From the NCBI RefSeq assembly GCF_964204645.1, contig NC_134026.1, forward strand, positions 30,786,150-30,850,149: a DNA stretch of 64,000 nucleotides, written 5' to 3'. The translations under genes were made by a program, and so were the position numbers. The DNA is from Tubulanus polymorphus. Lineage: Eukaryota; Animalia; Nemertea. The notes under the pieces were generated by a model. It was given only the letters and a program-made list of their open reading frames with translations, was not told the DNA's origin and did not search any database. Positions 1-17,610 of the stretch are shown here, piece after piece (the first letter of the stretch is position 1; each line of letters begins with the position of its first letter).

Positions 1-23
1 TTTGATTTTTCTTAATCCAATAC

Positions 24-236
24 CTCGGAATGTAATTCTAAACTCTGTTCCACTAATCCTTCACCGAGTATGTTTTTAATTTCATCTCTTTCGTGGGGCG
101 ACACTTGATGTTCAATCAGTTTCCATAACGATACAGGAGGTATATAACAACCTCCTCCTCCCTCTCCTCCTGCTGCTGCTGCTGATGATGACATCTCATG
201 AATATCTATACCTGAATCTGACTTCTTCAAACTCAT
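24..236 (-). CDS. CCDC24: First coding exon of a coiled-coil domain-containing protein 24-like gene; gene continues off the left edge
   Basis: SLWKLIEHQVSPHERDEIKNILGEGLVEQSLELHSE resembles the CCDC24 N-terminal motif as recalled. Acceptor tttcag before 249, ATG at 236, donor GAG|GTA after 24. Confidence 0.7.
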
Positions 237-1183
237 TATCAACCGGAATCTGAAAGAAAACTCCCTTTTTTTTTACACATTTTCAGTAGTCATTGTGACT
301 ATAGGTGAAAAGTCTACCTGGATTGGATCACCAAAAAGATTTGATAATTGATTCGATATCATTTAATACGTTGAGTCTGATGCAGAAGAGGTGCTCAGTC
401 GATAGATAAGGGAGTATCATTTAGGCTGAGGTGGTGCAGCAGGGCCATCAAGCAGTTCCAGCCACACAGCGGCATTTTAGAAAGGACCTCACCACGTTGT
501 TTTGTTTGCTGGGCATAATCCCGCAGCACAATTTATCATTAGATAACTACAACAACAGCAACAAAATCCTCTGATCTTTTTCCTTTCGTGTGTCGTTCAA
601 TTATGGGGGCTAAACTCGACTTGATTCTATATTTCATATAAACACCGGCACTGGCAGGTGAGGAAGCTGGAGTCTGTGGAGAGACGCTTGGTTAGTTACC
701 AATTTTCTTCCCTCCTCTACAAACGTTACTCGTCGATAAATAACAGTTTAATGATATGAAATCGGTTAAACTTACAATAATCTGAACGAATAGAAACTTT
801 GTTTTTACATCATCGACTCGTGAAGACACGAATTACAGCAATAATCAACAGCAAAAACACATAATCACGAAAACAAATACGCCATGTTGGATTTGACTAA
901 AACGCGGAATTCGAATCCGAAGCCCTGTAGCTCAAGTGGTTTGTGTTAGTAATTAGTACGACCGAGGTGTGACATTGAGCGATTTTCACATTGAGCTTCA
1001 TTTATTCCACATTTTAAGGTATTTTAGAACGTTACTTCTTATTTCAAGCGATATTTCGTTTTTGTCTGGTGATCTGAGAATCAGTTGAAGTGAGTTTGAA
1101 ATCGTGATCAAGAATAAAAAACGAATTTGAAACCGAGTTACTAAAATTATCAATACAATGTCAATGAAATTTATTATTTTCAG

Positions 1184-2507
1184 ATGTCCTCGTCCGTGAC
1201 TAAAATAGCGAAACCTCAACTGAGGCGTTTATTGACATCTTCATTAAAGAGAGAGTTATTCGTTGGGGGTTTGATTGGAGCCACAGTTGTAATTGCTTAC
1301 AAGGCTTTAGTGAATGACCCCAGAAAACAAAGATATGCTGAATTTTATCAGTGAGTTTAAATGATTGATAAACGCACAGGGCCCGGTCTTTAAATAATAA
1401 TATAATATAATAATAATATATTTATTTATCAATATATGTACAAGATTTTTGTAATGCTTTATGTGCACTTGTCCCAAAATCTCGCAAATAGTTTTAAATC
1501 TTAAGACAGGGTCCGATCTAAGCACTTGTCCAATTGCCCGGGACAAGTATATTCTCATCAGGGCAAGTAGATTATCACTTGTCCCCCGGGCTATTTATTT
1601 CACAAAGCTTTTTTCCCACTCGATAAAATGAATCATAGTGCCACCAGTCATCGGACTGCCTGTGTAGGGCAAGTACAAAGTAGCTTTTGGAGGGGCAAGC
1701 AAAATTTCAGATATGCTTGCCCCCCCGGACAAATGGCTTTCATTCCTTAGATCGGACCCTGTAAGAATGGCCTTTAATTATTAGATTGACATATGAACTA
1801 CTAATGTCTATTTCAACCTGACTTGAGAGCATTCCTGGTGGCCTAGCTCAGTCAGTTTCGGTGGTACATACCTGATAAAAGTCTTATTAGGGCCAGAATG
1901 CATTGGCAGTCGACCTAAATTATCACTTTTTAATCCATTTGAAACTGTATTGAAGGATATCCAAAAAATCTGCATTGAGAGGGGTTCCTGAGAGAAAAGA
2001 GACTCCATGATTTGAAAGTTTAACAATATGTCTCCATGCCTACCAACTGAAATTTGATACGTAGGCATGGAAACATATTGTTAAACTTTCAAATCATGGA
2101 GTCACTTCTCTTCATTTAACCCCTTTCAGTGAAGACTTTTTGGATATCCTTCAATAAAGTTTCAAATGGATTAAAAAATGATGATTTAGGTCGACTGCCT
2201 GTCCTTTCTGGTCCTAATAAGACCTTTATCAGGTATGTACTTCCAAAAATGAGCGAGCTAGGCCGACCAGAATGCTCTCAAGTCAGGTTGAAATAGACAT
2301 TAGTCATTAGACGGCCTTGGTTCTTCTTGCGTCAAGACTATGGAAGTAGCTTCAGGGTCCTAGAGCGTAAGGATCACTGATACGGTGCTATTGCACTTTC
2401 ATTCATCTATTTTCAGGGATTACGATATGAAGAGAGATTTTGAAAGGATGAAAGCAGCGAATATATTTACATCGGCTCGTCCTGATGGTTCTATAGATGA
2501 GTGGTAA
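1184..2507 (+). CDS. COX6C: Cytochrome c oxidase subunit 6C, 85 aa; exons 1184-1350 and 2417-2507
   Basis: Spliced translation MSSSVTKIAKPQLRRLLTSSLKRELFVGGLIGATVVIAYKALVNDPRKQRYAEFYQDYDMKRDFERMKAANIFTSARPDGSIDEW has the KPQ.R.LL, PRK..YA.FY..YD and F.RM..A.IF signatures. Phase-2 GT-AG intron; probable 3'UTR intron 2512-2623; AATAAA near 2757. Confidence 0.92.
1507..1761. mobile_element. MITE with CAGGGTCCGATCTAAG TIRs and 5-bp TSD (TAAGA); hAT-like
   Basis: TIRs and flanking TAAGA/TAAGA read directly; second family member at 62092-62334. Confidence 0.8.
1800..2304. mobile_element. About 500-bp fold-back (palindromic) element in the COX6C intron
   Basis: ACTAATGTCTATTTCAACCTGACTTGAGAGCATTC ... 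GAATGCTCTCAAGTCAGGTTGAAATAGACATTAGT; the arms pair with few mismatches to a centre near 2050. Confidence 0.85.
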
Positions 2508-3457
2508 AACTGTAAGTGTCAATTATCAGCTGGCTTAAAAATGATTCTGGTACTCTTAAATTTGAAGGATTTATAGAAGTCTTATAAAACCCTTTGTTTG
2601 ACAAATATTTTGCTATTTTTCAGATGAAGTTTCCAGCTCTGTTTAGATGGACCTAGACTAGAAAGTTTAATTTGACTGATTTTGATATTTCTAACATTCG
2701 TCTTTTTGATTTTGAGTTTCAAGTGTTGAGATATTGTGCATATATGTAAATTATAGAATAAAGATTTCATCTTTAATTAAATGGATTTTTTGTGAAGATC
2801 GTTGTTATTGGTGCTTGGATAACAAAATAATTGAACTTAAGGATGATTGATCTTTGCAAGGATTACAAATCCACCACATAGAGCCGGGAATGAAACAAAG
2901 CCAAAGGGTTTAATACGTTGTTCCCGGAAAAATTCACTTCTAAAATCAAAAGTGTTGGATGATTGCTCGGTCACAAGTTAGCCATATTTCATCCGGCGTT
3001 GCCGGTGTACTTCTAGTGGTTTGTCCTTTCTTTTGGTTCATAGTTCGACTGCGGTAAGGGTTTGTTCAGATCTGACAAAGATCTATTTGTCTACTTTGGC
3101 ATGCGAGTAATATTATAGTCTTTTATATTACAGAAAAACAATTCTTATATATGTATCAAAGATTTAACGTACAGTTTCATGGATATTATTTGTGTTTTCC
3201 TTTTAATAATGAGCTACTTTAAATCAACTTTTGAAATCTCAATTATTTTCTTTGGTAAATAGCATGAGTTGAAAATTACGAATTCAAGGTCGTCGAGCTA
3301 CACAAAATTTTGCGGCGAATTACCTTAATTTAAAGGTAAAATAATGATTGAAATCATATGTAAATTGAAATTTCTCAAATGTTGAGGCAGTTCTTGTGCT
3401 CTTCTAGTTAAAACGTTGATGCTCCGGTTTTTGAGAGATTATGATTAATTTTTTTAG

Positions 3458-8798
<5,341 letters not shown>

Positions 8799-9928
8799 AT
8801 CTAAAAATCAGAGTTCTGTAAAAATTTAGGAGCGAAATAAACGTTAATTTAAAAAATCTTTCGGTTCTTCCGCCGTTTTCTCCAGAGAACTTCCCGAGAT
8901 TGGATTTTCCCGAGAACTTGGTTAGTAGATCACACAGCGGTAGAGACTTAATAATCTCCTATCAATCTGTAGTTTGGCACTACCCTATATGAGGATATAT
9001 ATTCCGGTACCAATCCATACCTTCAGACTTTCACTTGAGCCGAAGTGCTAACTCTTCAAGAATAGCTTGACACCCTGCCCAAGTTTCAGAAAGTTTCTGG
9101 TATCCAGGCTGAACAGATTGAATTGAACTAGAATATGTAAATAACATTCTCGGACTAAAAGCGACTTTGGACTAAATTGTAAACCTATAACGGTGCCCTC
9201 ACTAGGATTGTAGATTGCAGTTCGAATTTATGTATTAAAAATACTTTCTTTTATCTTGATATTTTTTCTTCTTGTGAAAAATTTGTCGGGATTTTTACCG
9301 GTCTCCATTTACCTACAATACGAATAGCAGAATCTAGTGCTCGATGGGCCGGGTGCAAGAACGGCAGACTGAATCAAAAATTGATAAGCGACGACATCGA
9401 AAGACGCCTAATATCGACTTGTGACTTACCAAATCAAGACAATGATTCCTTAGACGGATAACAATATATGTTATAAGATATTAACAAGAATTGCGACAAG
9501 AAAGAGAACGGTCGCGAATCGACGTTTCATTCGCTGTTAATGGTTACTATTATATGAACGTTCAGTAATTGATTTAACCCTATATCGATGCGGAAACTGT
9601 TCTACAATGGAACGATTTTCTCTTTTGCTAAACTGCGACGTTTACTGCGACCAACAGCTAAGTGCATTTCGATTGAATCTTTTGTTTACCAGACGGTTCG
9701 CAGGATGTACAATAGCGACCTCAGTTTGAACACAGGCAGTTGCCGTAGCGATAACATATGAACAACTGACTAAAACTTAAACTTTCACAATTTGAATTTG
9801 ATAATGTAACTGTTTATTCAGACGTACGCAATCAAATTATCTCTTGTGTTCGATTATTATTTGTTCGTTTAAACGCGTGGTTCAATCAATATACGTCACT
9901 GGATTCTGTGTTAACTGTATCTGGTATA

Positions 9929-12547
9929 ATGCGGGAAATACGTGTGAATGTCTTGTTGCTGTTGTTGTATTGGTTCGTTGTATTCTGTTCGCGTGAAGAA
10001 CCCGCGTGCGCATTGACTATTAGAGATAGTACTTTTAAAAAAACGAAAGTTGATTTAAGTGGTTTGACGATAACTGATTCGTTATGGCCGCGCAGTTTGA
10101 TCGAATGCGCACGATTCTGCGTCAGTCAGGAATTACTATGTAAAGGCTTTTCGTTCGTGACAACTTCATCAACGTGCAGAATGATCAACTCAGGAAATGT
10201 GAATTCTTTCCCTCCGTCGACTACAACTTTCTTTGTGAGAAATGAATACATTTTAGGTACAGTATCCAAGTCTAAACATGTTAATATTTTCATAAACAAA
10301 CATGCACATTTGTCGGCATATTTAGCATAATTTTGAATGTATACATATTTTCTAGGCCGCGAGATGGGTTTATTTACGCCACGACAACCAAGCCTAACAA
10401 AAAAATTGATAGATAGGCCGTACGCCCGTGATAGCAAAACCTTCTTTTATTCTATCTAAATGTTCACTCAGTCCTGTAGCGTGGGTATCACGCCTCATCA
10501 GACACTATGGTTGCTGATGGATCCAAATGAAACTGACTGATTGGGTGGGATAGATTAATATTCCGTCACTATCAGGAACCGAATTTTCCGATTTTGTACT
10601 ACGGGTTTAACCACAAAGTAGCTATGATGATATTTCGAAGGTAAAATGTATTCTAAAATATATGTAAGCGGTTTCAAGACGTTGTTACCCAGAAATCGTA
10701 TATTACATAAGTTTGATGGTCGAATTGGCAGGTCTAGACGCTTCGACTGACTTTGAATGTGTTGATGTCTTTGACTTTGCTCGACGTTGGTCTCTAGCGC
10801 GAGTCCGAGTAACGTCGTGTCATTTTCCTTTAGTGATCTATTGTTATGCGGCCCGAAGATGAAACCGAAATATCGTGGGAGAGCGTATCCTTCCTCAGCT
10901 CCGCACAACGACGATTATAACCCGAGACCAACAAAATTATTGAACTAACTACTGGATGTAGATTACGATTTACTCACAATTAATTTATTCGTTACTTGTG
11001 CGTTCCCTAATTGTTGACACCTTATACAGATCTGTCACTTAATTTCTTTCTGTTCCCAGTGCTTTCCCCCAGTGCTCTCCCGGAGCTACCCCCGTTACTC
11101 TCCCGGGTGGTCTCCCGGAGCTACCCCCGTTGCTCTCCCGGGTACTCTCCCGGAGCTTTCCCCGTTCCTCTCCGACTAGTTCAGCTATGTCTCTTATTTG
11201 TTTTATGCTATAAAAAGTTGGTATCCAAGGAATTATTCTCGTGATCAAAGCCGCCATATTTGGGGAGGGCCGACGACCATCCTCGGGACCTGATTCGCCC
11301 ACCAAGCTCCAAGAGCTAATGTTCTTATCAACTCGGTGACGAAATGAGCCCGGAGTTTTCTTGGTTCCCAAATATGTAAACATTGACACTCGACGAATCC
11401 CTTAGGATTTTTGCTATTGTCCGAAAAGCTCAACACATTTCTTATTAATCCGAGACACAAACCGAGCCAGTTTCCCCATAAGTAACCATTTAACGAAACG
11501 TGCCCGGTTATGAATATCTAGGGAATTGTGTTGTGTATTATGAACATACAACTGTTATCGATTTATAGATATTAAAAAATTGCCTTTCATAACCCTATCT
11601 TGTTTTTAAACTTTTACATACTTATATAGATGTATACAATAAATTCTATTCACTGGCATGTTTCCCAGTCGGTGTGACTATTTCAGTACACTTGTACTTT
11701 ATCGTTCATAGTTTGTTGATACGAGTGACAAGGATTTTTTCAGCCGTACTTATTTCATTGTAGGTACAAGTACAACAGCCTCTGGCAGCATCACAACTAC
11801 CTCAACTTCAGCTCCAACAGCTACCTCAACTTCAGCTCCAACAACAGCTCCAGCAACTACCTCAACTTCAGCTCCAACAACTACCTCAACTTCAGCTCCA
11901 ACAACTACGACTACTGCTGGTAGTATCTCTGTAACCTGTCAGGTCAATAACTACGTCAAACCAGTCCCGAACTCAGCAGTTTGTTATCGAGTTGTTACCA
12001 ACAGTAAACCATTCGATCAGGCGCAGACTGCTTGTCAATCTGATTCCGATGAAGGTACAACCAGATTAGCAGAACCACGTACATCGGCTGAGAGCACTGC
12101 ACTTATCAATTATCTTAAAGATAATTTTAGCAATATCGGAGGTAACACATACACGCGAGTTGACATGAAATACACGACTTGGTCCTGCTGCTTTTAAACA
12201 ACAAATGTATTATTCGTTTCCAATTCATAAAGTTCCTACCAGTTTCTTAAACTTTTTGTGCGAAAATAAAAGAGGGGAGGGGTTAAATCCGCCCCAGGTC
12301 TATGGATTGATGTAAATCGCTATTTTTTGCAGATTCGCTGTTTTTGGGTTTTAAGAATCCAAATGGAAATGTCGTTAAGTTTTCCAGTGATAACACGGCT
12401 CTGTCGTACACTCCACGGTGGAAATCTGGACAGCCGAGCAGTCAATATGAGAAATGCGTAATGATCTCAAATATACACGCTACTCCAAAATGGGAGGACG
12501 ATTGGTGCACAAGCGGCAGAAAGTTCGTCTGCGAAGAAAGACCGTAA
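9929..12547 (+). CDS. Secreted PAN/apple + Thr/Ser/Pro-rich linker + C-type lectin protein; exons 9929-10256, 11764-12141, 12333-12547
   Basis: Hydrophobic signal (VNVLLLLLYWFVVFC); SLIECARFC..CKGFSF....CRM (PAN); TTSTSAP repeats; CYRVV..KPFDQAQTAC, RLAEPRT, LFLGF, WKSGQPS..EKCV..WEDDWC...KFVCE (CTLD). Both phase-1 introns are consistent. Confidence 0.85.
11066..11170. repeat. Short GC-rich tandem repeat (CTCTCCCGGAGCTACCCCCGTT-like) in the lectin intron
   Basis: About 3 imperfect copies visible. Confidence 0.7.
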
Positions 12548-12998
12548 TTTGAAGAAGGCAGGTTTCAATATTCCGGAACAAAAACACTCTACAAACTGAT
12601 ACACTATCAGGTTTACAGATTACGCTGTTTTGAAATATGTGGAGTGTATTCTGCAGTTGAACCAAATGCACCAGAAGAGAATTCCAGAATCGGACGGAAG
12701 GGACTTAGCGAAAAATTTTAGATCTTAGTTTTAGTTCCTTGTCACATAGTTATATTATAGTACTTTAGAGCATGTTATAGTGTAATTGATAAAAATCATT
12801 TATGATACCCCTTGCTCCGTGAGAATTAAACACCGAACTAGGTTTGCTGCAAAATTAAGAAGATTGTGTGATTAATTGATAAAAGGTCATTTATTTACAG
12901 ATATGACGGAAATGCAAATATGCCAGATTAAAACAGAATTTAGCAAAAAAGTTGGCCAAAAAAGTGCCACATAATTATACATAATCAAAATAAATGTT

Positions 12999-13069
12999 CA
13001 GGCGCGGATCCAGACTATCGCACATGCAGCACGTGCTGTAGTCACTGAATGGCCCTGGATCCGCGTCTG
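12999..13069. mobile_element. Very short MITE, TIR CAGGCGCGGATCCAG, 5-bp TSD ATGTT
   Basis: ATGTT|CAGGCGCGGATCCAG ... CTGGATCCGCGTCTG|ATGTT. Confidence 0.75.
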
Positions 13070-13500
13070 ATGTTATAAATACCGCCAAGAAATTCTCGGA
13101 ATAGCATTTTACACATTGATTCCCAAGAGGGTGGGACAAAAGGATGGGTTTTAATAACACATATGCGTCTAGAAAATCAGACGGACTGAATCGCCACGAG
13201 GTTACCCAGTGGGCGGAGTTCAACAAGTGATAAGACATGTGTTTGATCACGTGATAGATAAACTACGCGGCTCTCATAAAACATTTTATTTCCTAACGTA
13301 AATGAGAGTCCTTTACGTGTGTCAAAGCATGTCTTGAATGGCCATCGTCACAGTTCATAGCATGACCAAGTCCAAACAAGTGCTGAAATAACTAAGGGTA
13401 AAAATCTATTAGGCTATGTTATAGTTCCGAACTAAGTTGGTCGAAAGAGACAACTGATTTCTAAAGTGTAAGAATAAGAAGATTGCACCTATCTATCGTG

Positions 13501-14592
13501 ATGGGTATGAACAGAAGCGAAGAAGATCTGGATCACCATGAGGTTGTCTGGGGAGAAGATGGTCAAGAAATGGATGATTTTACTAAAGGACTTCACGTGT
13601 TTGTCGCGTATATAGCACCGTTTTTCTACATACAAGGAATAATAGGCAACATATTTGTGTTGTTCGTATTTCTGAAGAGTCGCAGTTATCGAACTCGGGA
13701 AGTTGTTGACTATTTGATACCGTTATCAATAGCTGATCTTATATTCTTGATATTTTGTGCACTGTTTACCTGGCTCCACCTTGATGTACCAAACGCGATA
13801 TTCAGCGACCGAGATTCCTTCACAGACATCCTCTCGACCCCCGCTCGGTGTAAAGGTATCTCATATGTGGGATTATGTGGCGCGTTTTGGGCCTCATGGA
13901 CGATCGTACTGTTTACGTGGGAACGGATGGTTCTGGTTTGGCGCGAGAAAGTTGTTATGTCGAGGAAGCTGAGATATATATTACTGGGTGTGATATTCAT
14001 GGTCGGTTTATTAAGTATGATATGTGTTCTTGTCGCTTACGACATCGACGACGATGGACACTCAGTTGAATGTTGGTACGCATTAGATAGAGAAGAAGGA
14101 GGATTGCTCAGTTATTTGGGACCATTCCTCATTCATTGCGCCGTTTACACTTTACCGATGATTCTTGTTTGGATCGGAAATGCTATAATCGTTTGTAAAC
14201 TTTGTAGAGGAGACAAATCTACCGATGAGGAATATTTGAACAGACGCAAAAAGGAAAGAAAAGTAGCGTATCAACTGGTCGCTATTTCTGCTTTGTTTCT
14301 CTTCTTCACGACACCCTATTCTATATTAGATTGCTGGGGACATGTTCTATTATATAAAATTGATATCCTAGGTGAACATGAATATGCCTTGAAATTTACC
14401 CATACTGTTTTCGGTTTGTACGATTTTCTGTTACGTTTTGTTTTCTTGAACAATTGTTTTAACTATTTGATATATATAATATCGTTGGACTGGTTCCGTG
14501 CCGAGGTGCGCGCCATGTTTGGTTGTAAGAAGCAACAAGAGAAATACAATATGACTGTCGAACCCTCGAAAACAGAGGTTACACAGTTTTAG
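13501..14592 (+). CDS. Intronless rhodopsin-class GPCR, copy 1 (type A); peptide-receptor-like or candidate chemoreceptor
   Basis: Seven hydrophobic segments; GIIGN (TM1), LSIADL (TM2), C at the top of TM3, ERM in place of DRY, FTTPY (TM6), NNCFNYLIY (TM7). First ATG at 13501. Confidence 0.9.
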   Translation: MGMNRSEEDLDHHEVVWGEDGQEMDDFTKGLHVFVAYIAPFFYIQGIIGNIFVLFVFLKSRSYRTREVVDYLIPLSIADLIFLIFCALFTWLHLDVPNAIFSDRDSFTDILSTPARCKGISYVGLCGAFWASWTIVLFTWERMVLVWREKVVMSRKLRYILLGVIFMVGLLSMICVLVAYDIDDDGHSVECWYALDREEGGLLSYLGPFLIHCAVYTLPMILVWIGNAIIVCKLCRGDKSTDEEYLNRRKKERKVAYQLVAISALFLFFTTPYSILDCWGHVLLYKIDILGEHEYALKFTHTVFGLYDFLLRFVFLNNCFNYLIYIISLDWFRAEVRAMFGCKKQQEKYNMTVEPSKTEVTQF

Positions 14593-15133
14593 AATAAATT
14601 CTGAGTCCGCAGGTTGTTAGAAAATATGTATTTAAGAAAATCTTGTATATGAATGAGCAAATATCATATTCTTAACCAGAGTGAGTGTGGTATATCCAAA
14701 GTTTAGACTTGACATGCTAATGGTCATCTTTCGGGAATACTATTACTGAAGATGACTATTAGGATTTAGGCCTAGTCGGAAGGTTGATTAAACTACCAGC
14801 TCAAGAAGGATACATTTAAGACTTTATTTTTCATTCTCAGAGCAGGGATTTTATAGCTTTAACAATACTGATTCAGAGTGTTTCATCAGCAGCGAGTTGT
14901 TAGAATAGACTAATCCTAGTTTGATTTTCATTATCAGAATGGCCAATACTTAACATTCATCTTTCCACATTGATTAAAACTTGACTTAAAACTTTTCAAT
15001 TGTCGGGTTTTCACATTACCTGATACACGTCCACATAATCATATTGTCGTTTATTTTTGTTTTTGTTTTCGTTTTAAGTGTGTTCTACGATTTATCATTA
15101 TTAATAAAAGTGTTGTATCTAAATCACATAATT

Positions 15134-15336
15134 TCAACGTTGAATTTTCTATTGATATTATACGGCTCTATCTTACACCACACAGTAGGAATGTGATCAC
15201 TCCACTGTGGATATATGGACAACCAAACAGTGGATACGAGGAATGCGTAATGATTTTCAATATACACGCTACTCCGAAATGGGGGGATGATTGGTGCACA
15301 AGCGACAGAAAGTTCGTCTGCGAAGAAAGACCGTAA
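15134..15336 (+). pseudogene. Duplicated remnant of the C-type lectin terminal exon (copy a)
   Basis: TPLWIYGQPNSGYEECVMIFNIHATPKWGDDWCTSDRKFVCEERP* plus 3'UTR matches about 12410-12745; the 5' part has indels and no clear acceptor. Confidence 0.8.
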
Positions 15337-15774
15337 TTTGAAGAAGGCAGGTTTCAATATTCCGGAACAAAAACACTCTACAAACTGATACACTTTCAGG
15401 TTTACAGATTACGCTGTTTTGAAATATGTGGAGTGTAGTCTGCAGTGGAAACAAATGCACCAGAAGAGAATTCCAGAATCGGACGGAAGCAAAAAGACCT
15501 GGCAAAACATTTCGGATCTTAGTTTTAGTTCCTTGTCTCATAGTTTAACAACACATTATAGTACATAAAAGCATGTTAGTGTTGGCAAACCATGTATCGA
15601 GTGGCAATCGTCACAGTTCGTGGTTATAACCAAGTCCAAAACAAGTGCTCACGTAACTAAGGGTCAAAATCTATTAGACTATGTTATTGAGTCCATAGTT
15701 TCGAACTAAGTTGGTCAAAAGAGACACCTGATTTCTAAAGTCTAAGAATAAGAAGATTGCACCTATCTATCGTG

Positions 15775-16869
15775 ATGGGTATGAACAGGAGCGAAGAGGA
15801 TCTGGATCACCATGAGGTTGTCTGGGGAGATGAAGGTCAAGATAATGAGGATTTTATCAAAGGACTTCACGTGTTTGTCGCGTATATAGCACCGTTTTTC
15901 TACATACAAGGAATAATAGGCAACATATTTGTGTTGTTTGTATTTCTGAAGAGTCGCAGTTATCGAACTCGGGAAGTTGTTGACTATTTGATACCGTTAT
16001 CAATAGTTGATCTTATATTCTTGATATTTTTCGCCCTGTTGACCTGGCTCCATCTTGATGTACCAAATGCGATATTCAGCGAGGGAGAAAAATCCTACAC
16101 GGACATCTTCTCGACCTCCGCTCGGTGTAAAGGTATCTCATATGTGGGATTATGTGGCGCGTTTTGGGCCTCATGGACGATCGTACTGTTTACGTGGGAA
16201 CGGATGGTTCTGGTTTGGCGCGAGAAAGTTGTTATGTCGAGGAAGCTGAGATATATATTACTGGGTGTGATATTCATGGTCGGTTTATTAAGTATGATAT
16301 GTGTTCTTGTCGCTTACGACATCGACGACGATGGACACTCAGTTGAATGTTGGTACGCATTAGATAGAGAAGAAGGAGGATTGCTCAGTTATTTGGGACC
16401 ATTCCTCATTCATTGCGCCGTTTACACTTTACCGATGATTCTTGTTTGGATCGGAAATGCTATAATCGCTTGCAAACTTTGTAGAGGAGACAAATCTACC
16501 GATGAGGAATATTTGAACAGACGCAAAAAGGAAAGAAAAGTAGCGTATCAGCTGGTCGCTATTTCTGCTTTGTTTCTCTTCTTCACGACACCCTATTCTA
16601 TATTAGATTGCTGGGGACATGTTCTATTATATAAAATTGATATCCTAGGTGAACATGAATATGCCTTGAAATTTACTAGCACTGTTTTCGCTTTGCATGA
16701 CTTTTTGTTACGTTTTGTTTTCTTGAACAATTGTTTTAACTATTTGATATATATAATATCGTTGGACTGGTTCCGTGCCGAGGTGCGCGCCATGTTTGGT
16801 TGTAAGAAACAACAAGAGAAATACAATATGACTGTCGAACCCTCGAAAACAGAGGTTACACAATTTTAG
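15775..16869 (+). CDS. Intronless rhodopsin-class GPCR, copy 2 (type B)
   Basis: Near-identical to copy 1 except the N-terminal, TM2/ECL1 and TM7-top patches. Confidence 0.9.
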   Translation: MGMNRSEEDLDHHEVVWGDEGQDNEDFIKGLHVFVAYIAPFFYIQGIIGNIFVLFVFLKSRSYRTREVVDYLIPLSIVDLIFLIFFALLTWLHLDVPNAIFSEGEKSYTDIFSTSARCKGISYVGLCGAFWASWTIVLFTWERMVLVWREKVVMSRKLRYILLGVIFMVGLLSMICVLVAYDIDDDGHSVECWYALDREEGGLLSYLGPFLIHCAVYTLPMILVWIGNAIIACKLCRGDKSTDEEYLNRRKKERKVAYQLVAISALFLFFTTPYSILDCWGHVLLYKIDILGEHEYALKFTSTVFALHDFLLRFVFLNNCFNYLIYIISLDWFRAEVRAMFGCKKQQEKYNMTVEPSKTEVTQF

Positions 16870-17412
16870 AATAAATTCTGAGTCCGCAGATTGTTAGAAA
16901 AAATGTATTTAAGAAAATCTTGTATATGAATGAGCAAATATCATATTCTTAACCAGAGTGAGTGTAGTATATCCAAAGTTTAGACTTGACATGCTAATGG
17001 TCATCTTTCGGGAATACTATTACTGAAGATGACTATTAGGATTTAGGCCTAGTCGGAAGGTTGATTAAACTACCAGCTCAAGAAGGATACAATTCAGACT
17101 TTATTTTTCATTCTCAGAGCAGGGATTTTATAGCTTTAACAATACTGATTCAGAGTGTTTCATCAGCAGCGAGTTGTTAGAATAGACTAATCCTAGTTTG
17201 ATTTTCATTATCAGAATGGCCAATACTTAACATTCATCTTTCCACATTGATTAAAACTTGACTTAAAACTTTTCAATTGTCGGGTTTTCACATTACCTGA
17301 TACACGTCCACATAATCATATTGTCGTTTATTTTTGTTTTTGTTTTCGTTTTAAGTGTGTTCTACGATTTATCATTATCAATAAAAGTGTTGTATCTAAA
17401 TCACATAATTTC

Positions 17413-17610
17413 AACGTTGAATTTTCTATTGATATTATACGGCTGTATCTTACACCACACAGTGGGAATGTGATCACTCCACTGTGGAAATCTGGACAAC
17501 CAAACAGTGGATACGAGGAATGCGTAATGATTTTCAATATACACGCTACTCCGAAATGGGAGGATGATTGGTGCACAAGCGGCGGAAAGTTCGTCTGCGA
17601 TGAAAGACCA
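17413..17610 (+). pseudogene. C-type lectin terminal exon remnant (copy b), stop codon lost
   Basis: WKSGQPNSGYEECV..WEDDWC..KFVCDERP continues into repeat-derived sequence. Confidence 0.75.

Noticed and set aside
300-720. Possible decayed LINE RT fragment (KLESVERR-like) in the CCDC24 intron
   Set aside because: Too degenerate to support without an alignment.
921-945. tRNA-like start GCCCTGTAGCTCAAGTGGT
   Set aside because: No anticodon arm, T-arm (GTTCRA) or acceptor-stem partner follows.
10842-11560. Possible solo LTR in the lectin intron
   Set aside because: A TG start and a polyA-like signal are present, but no matching CA end, TSD or second copy could be fixed.
13483-13500. TTG-initiated N-terminal extensions of the GPCR ORFs, and short overlapping ORFs within the GPCRs
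   Set aside because: Artefacts of prokaryote-style start calling; the overlapping ORFs recur only because the genes are duplicated.
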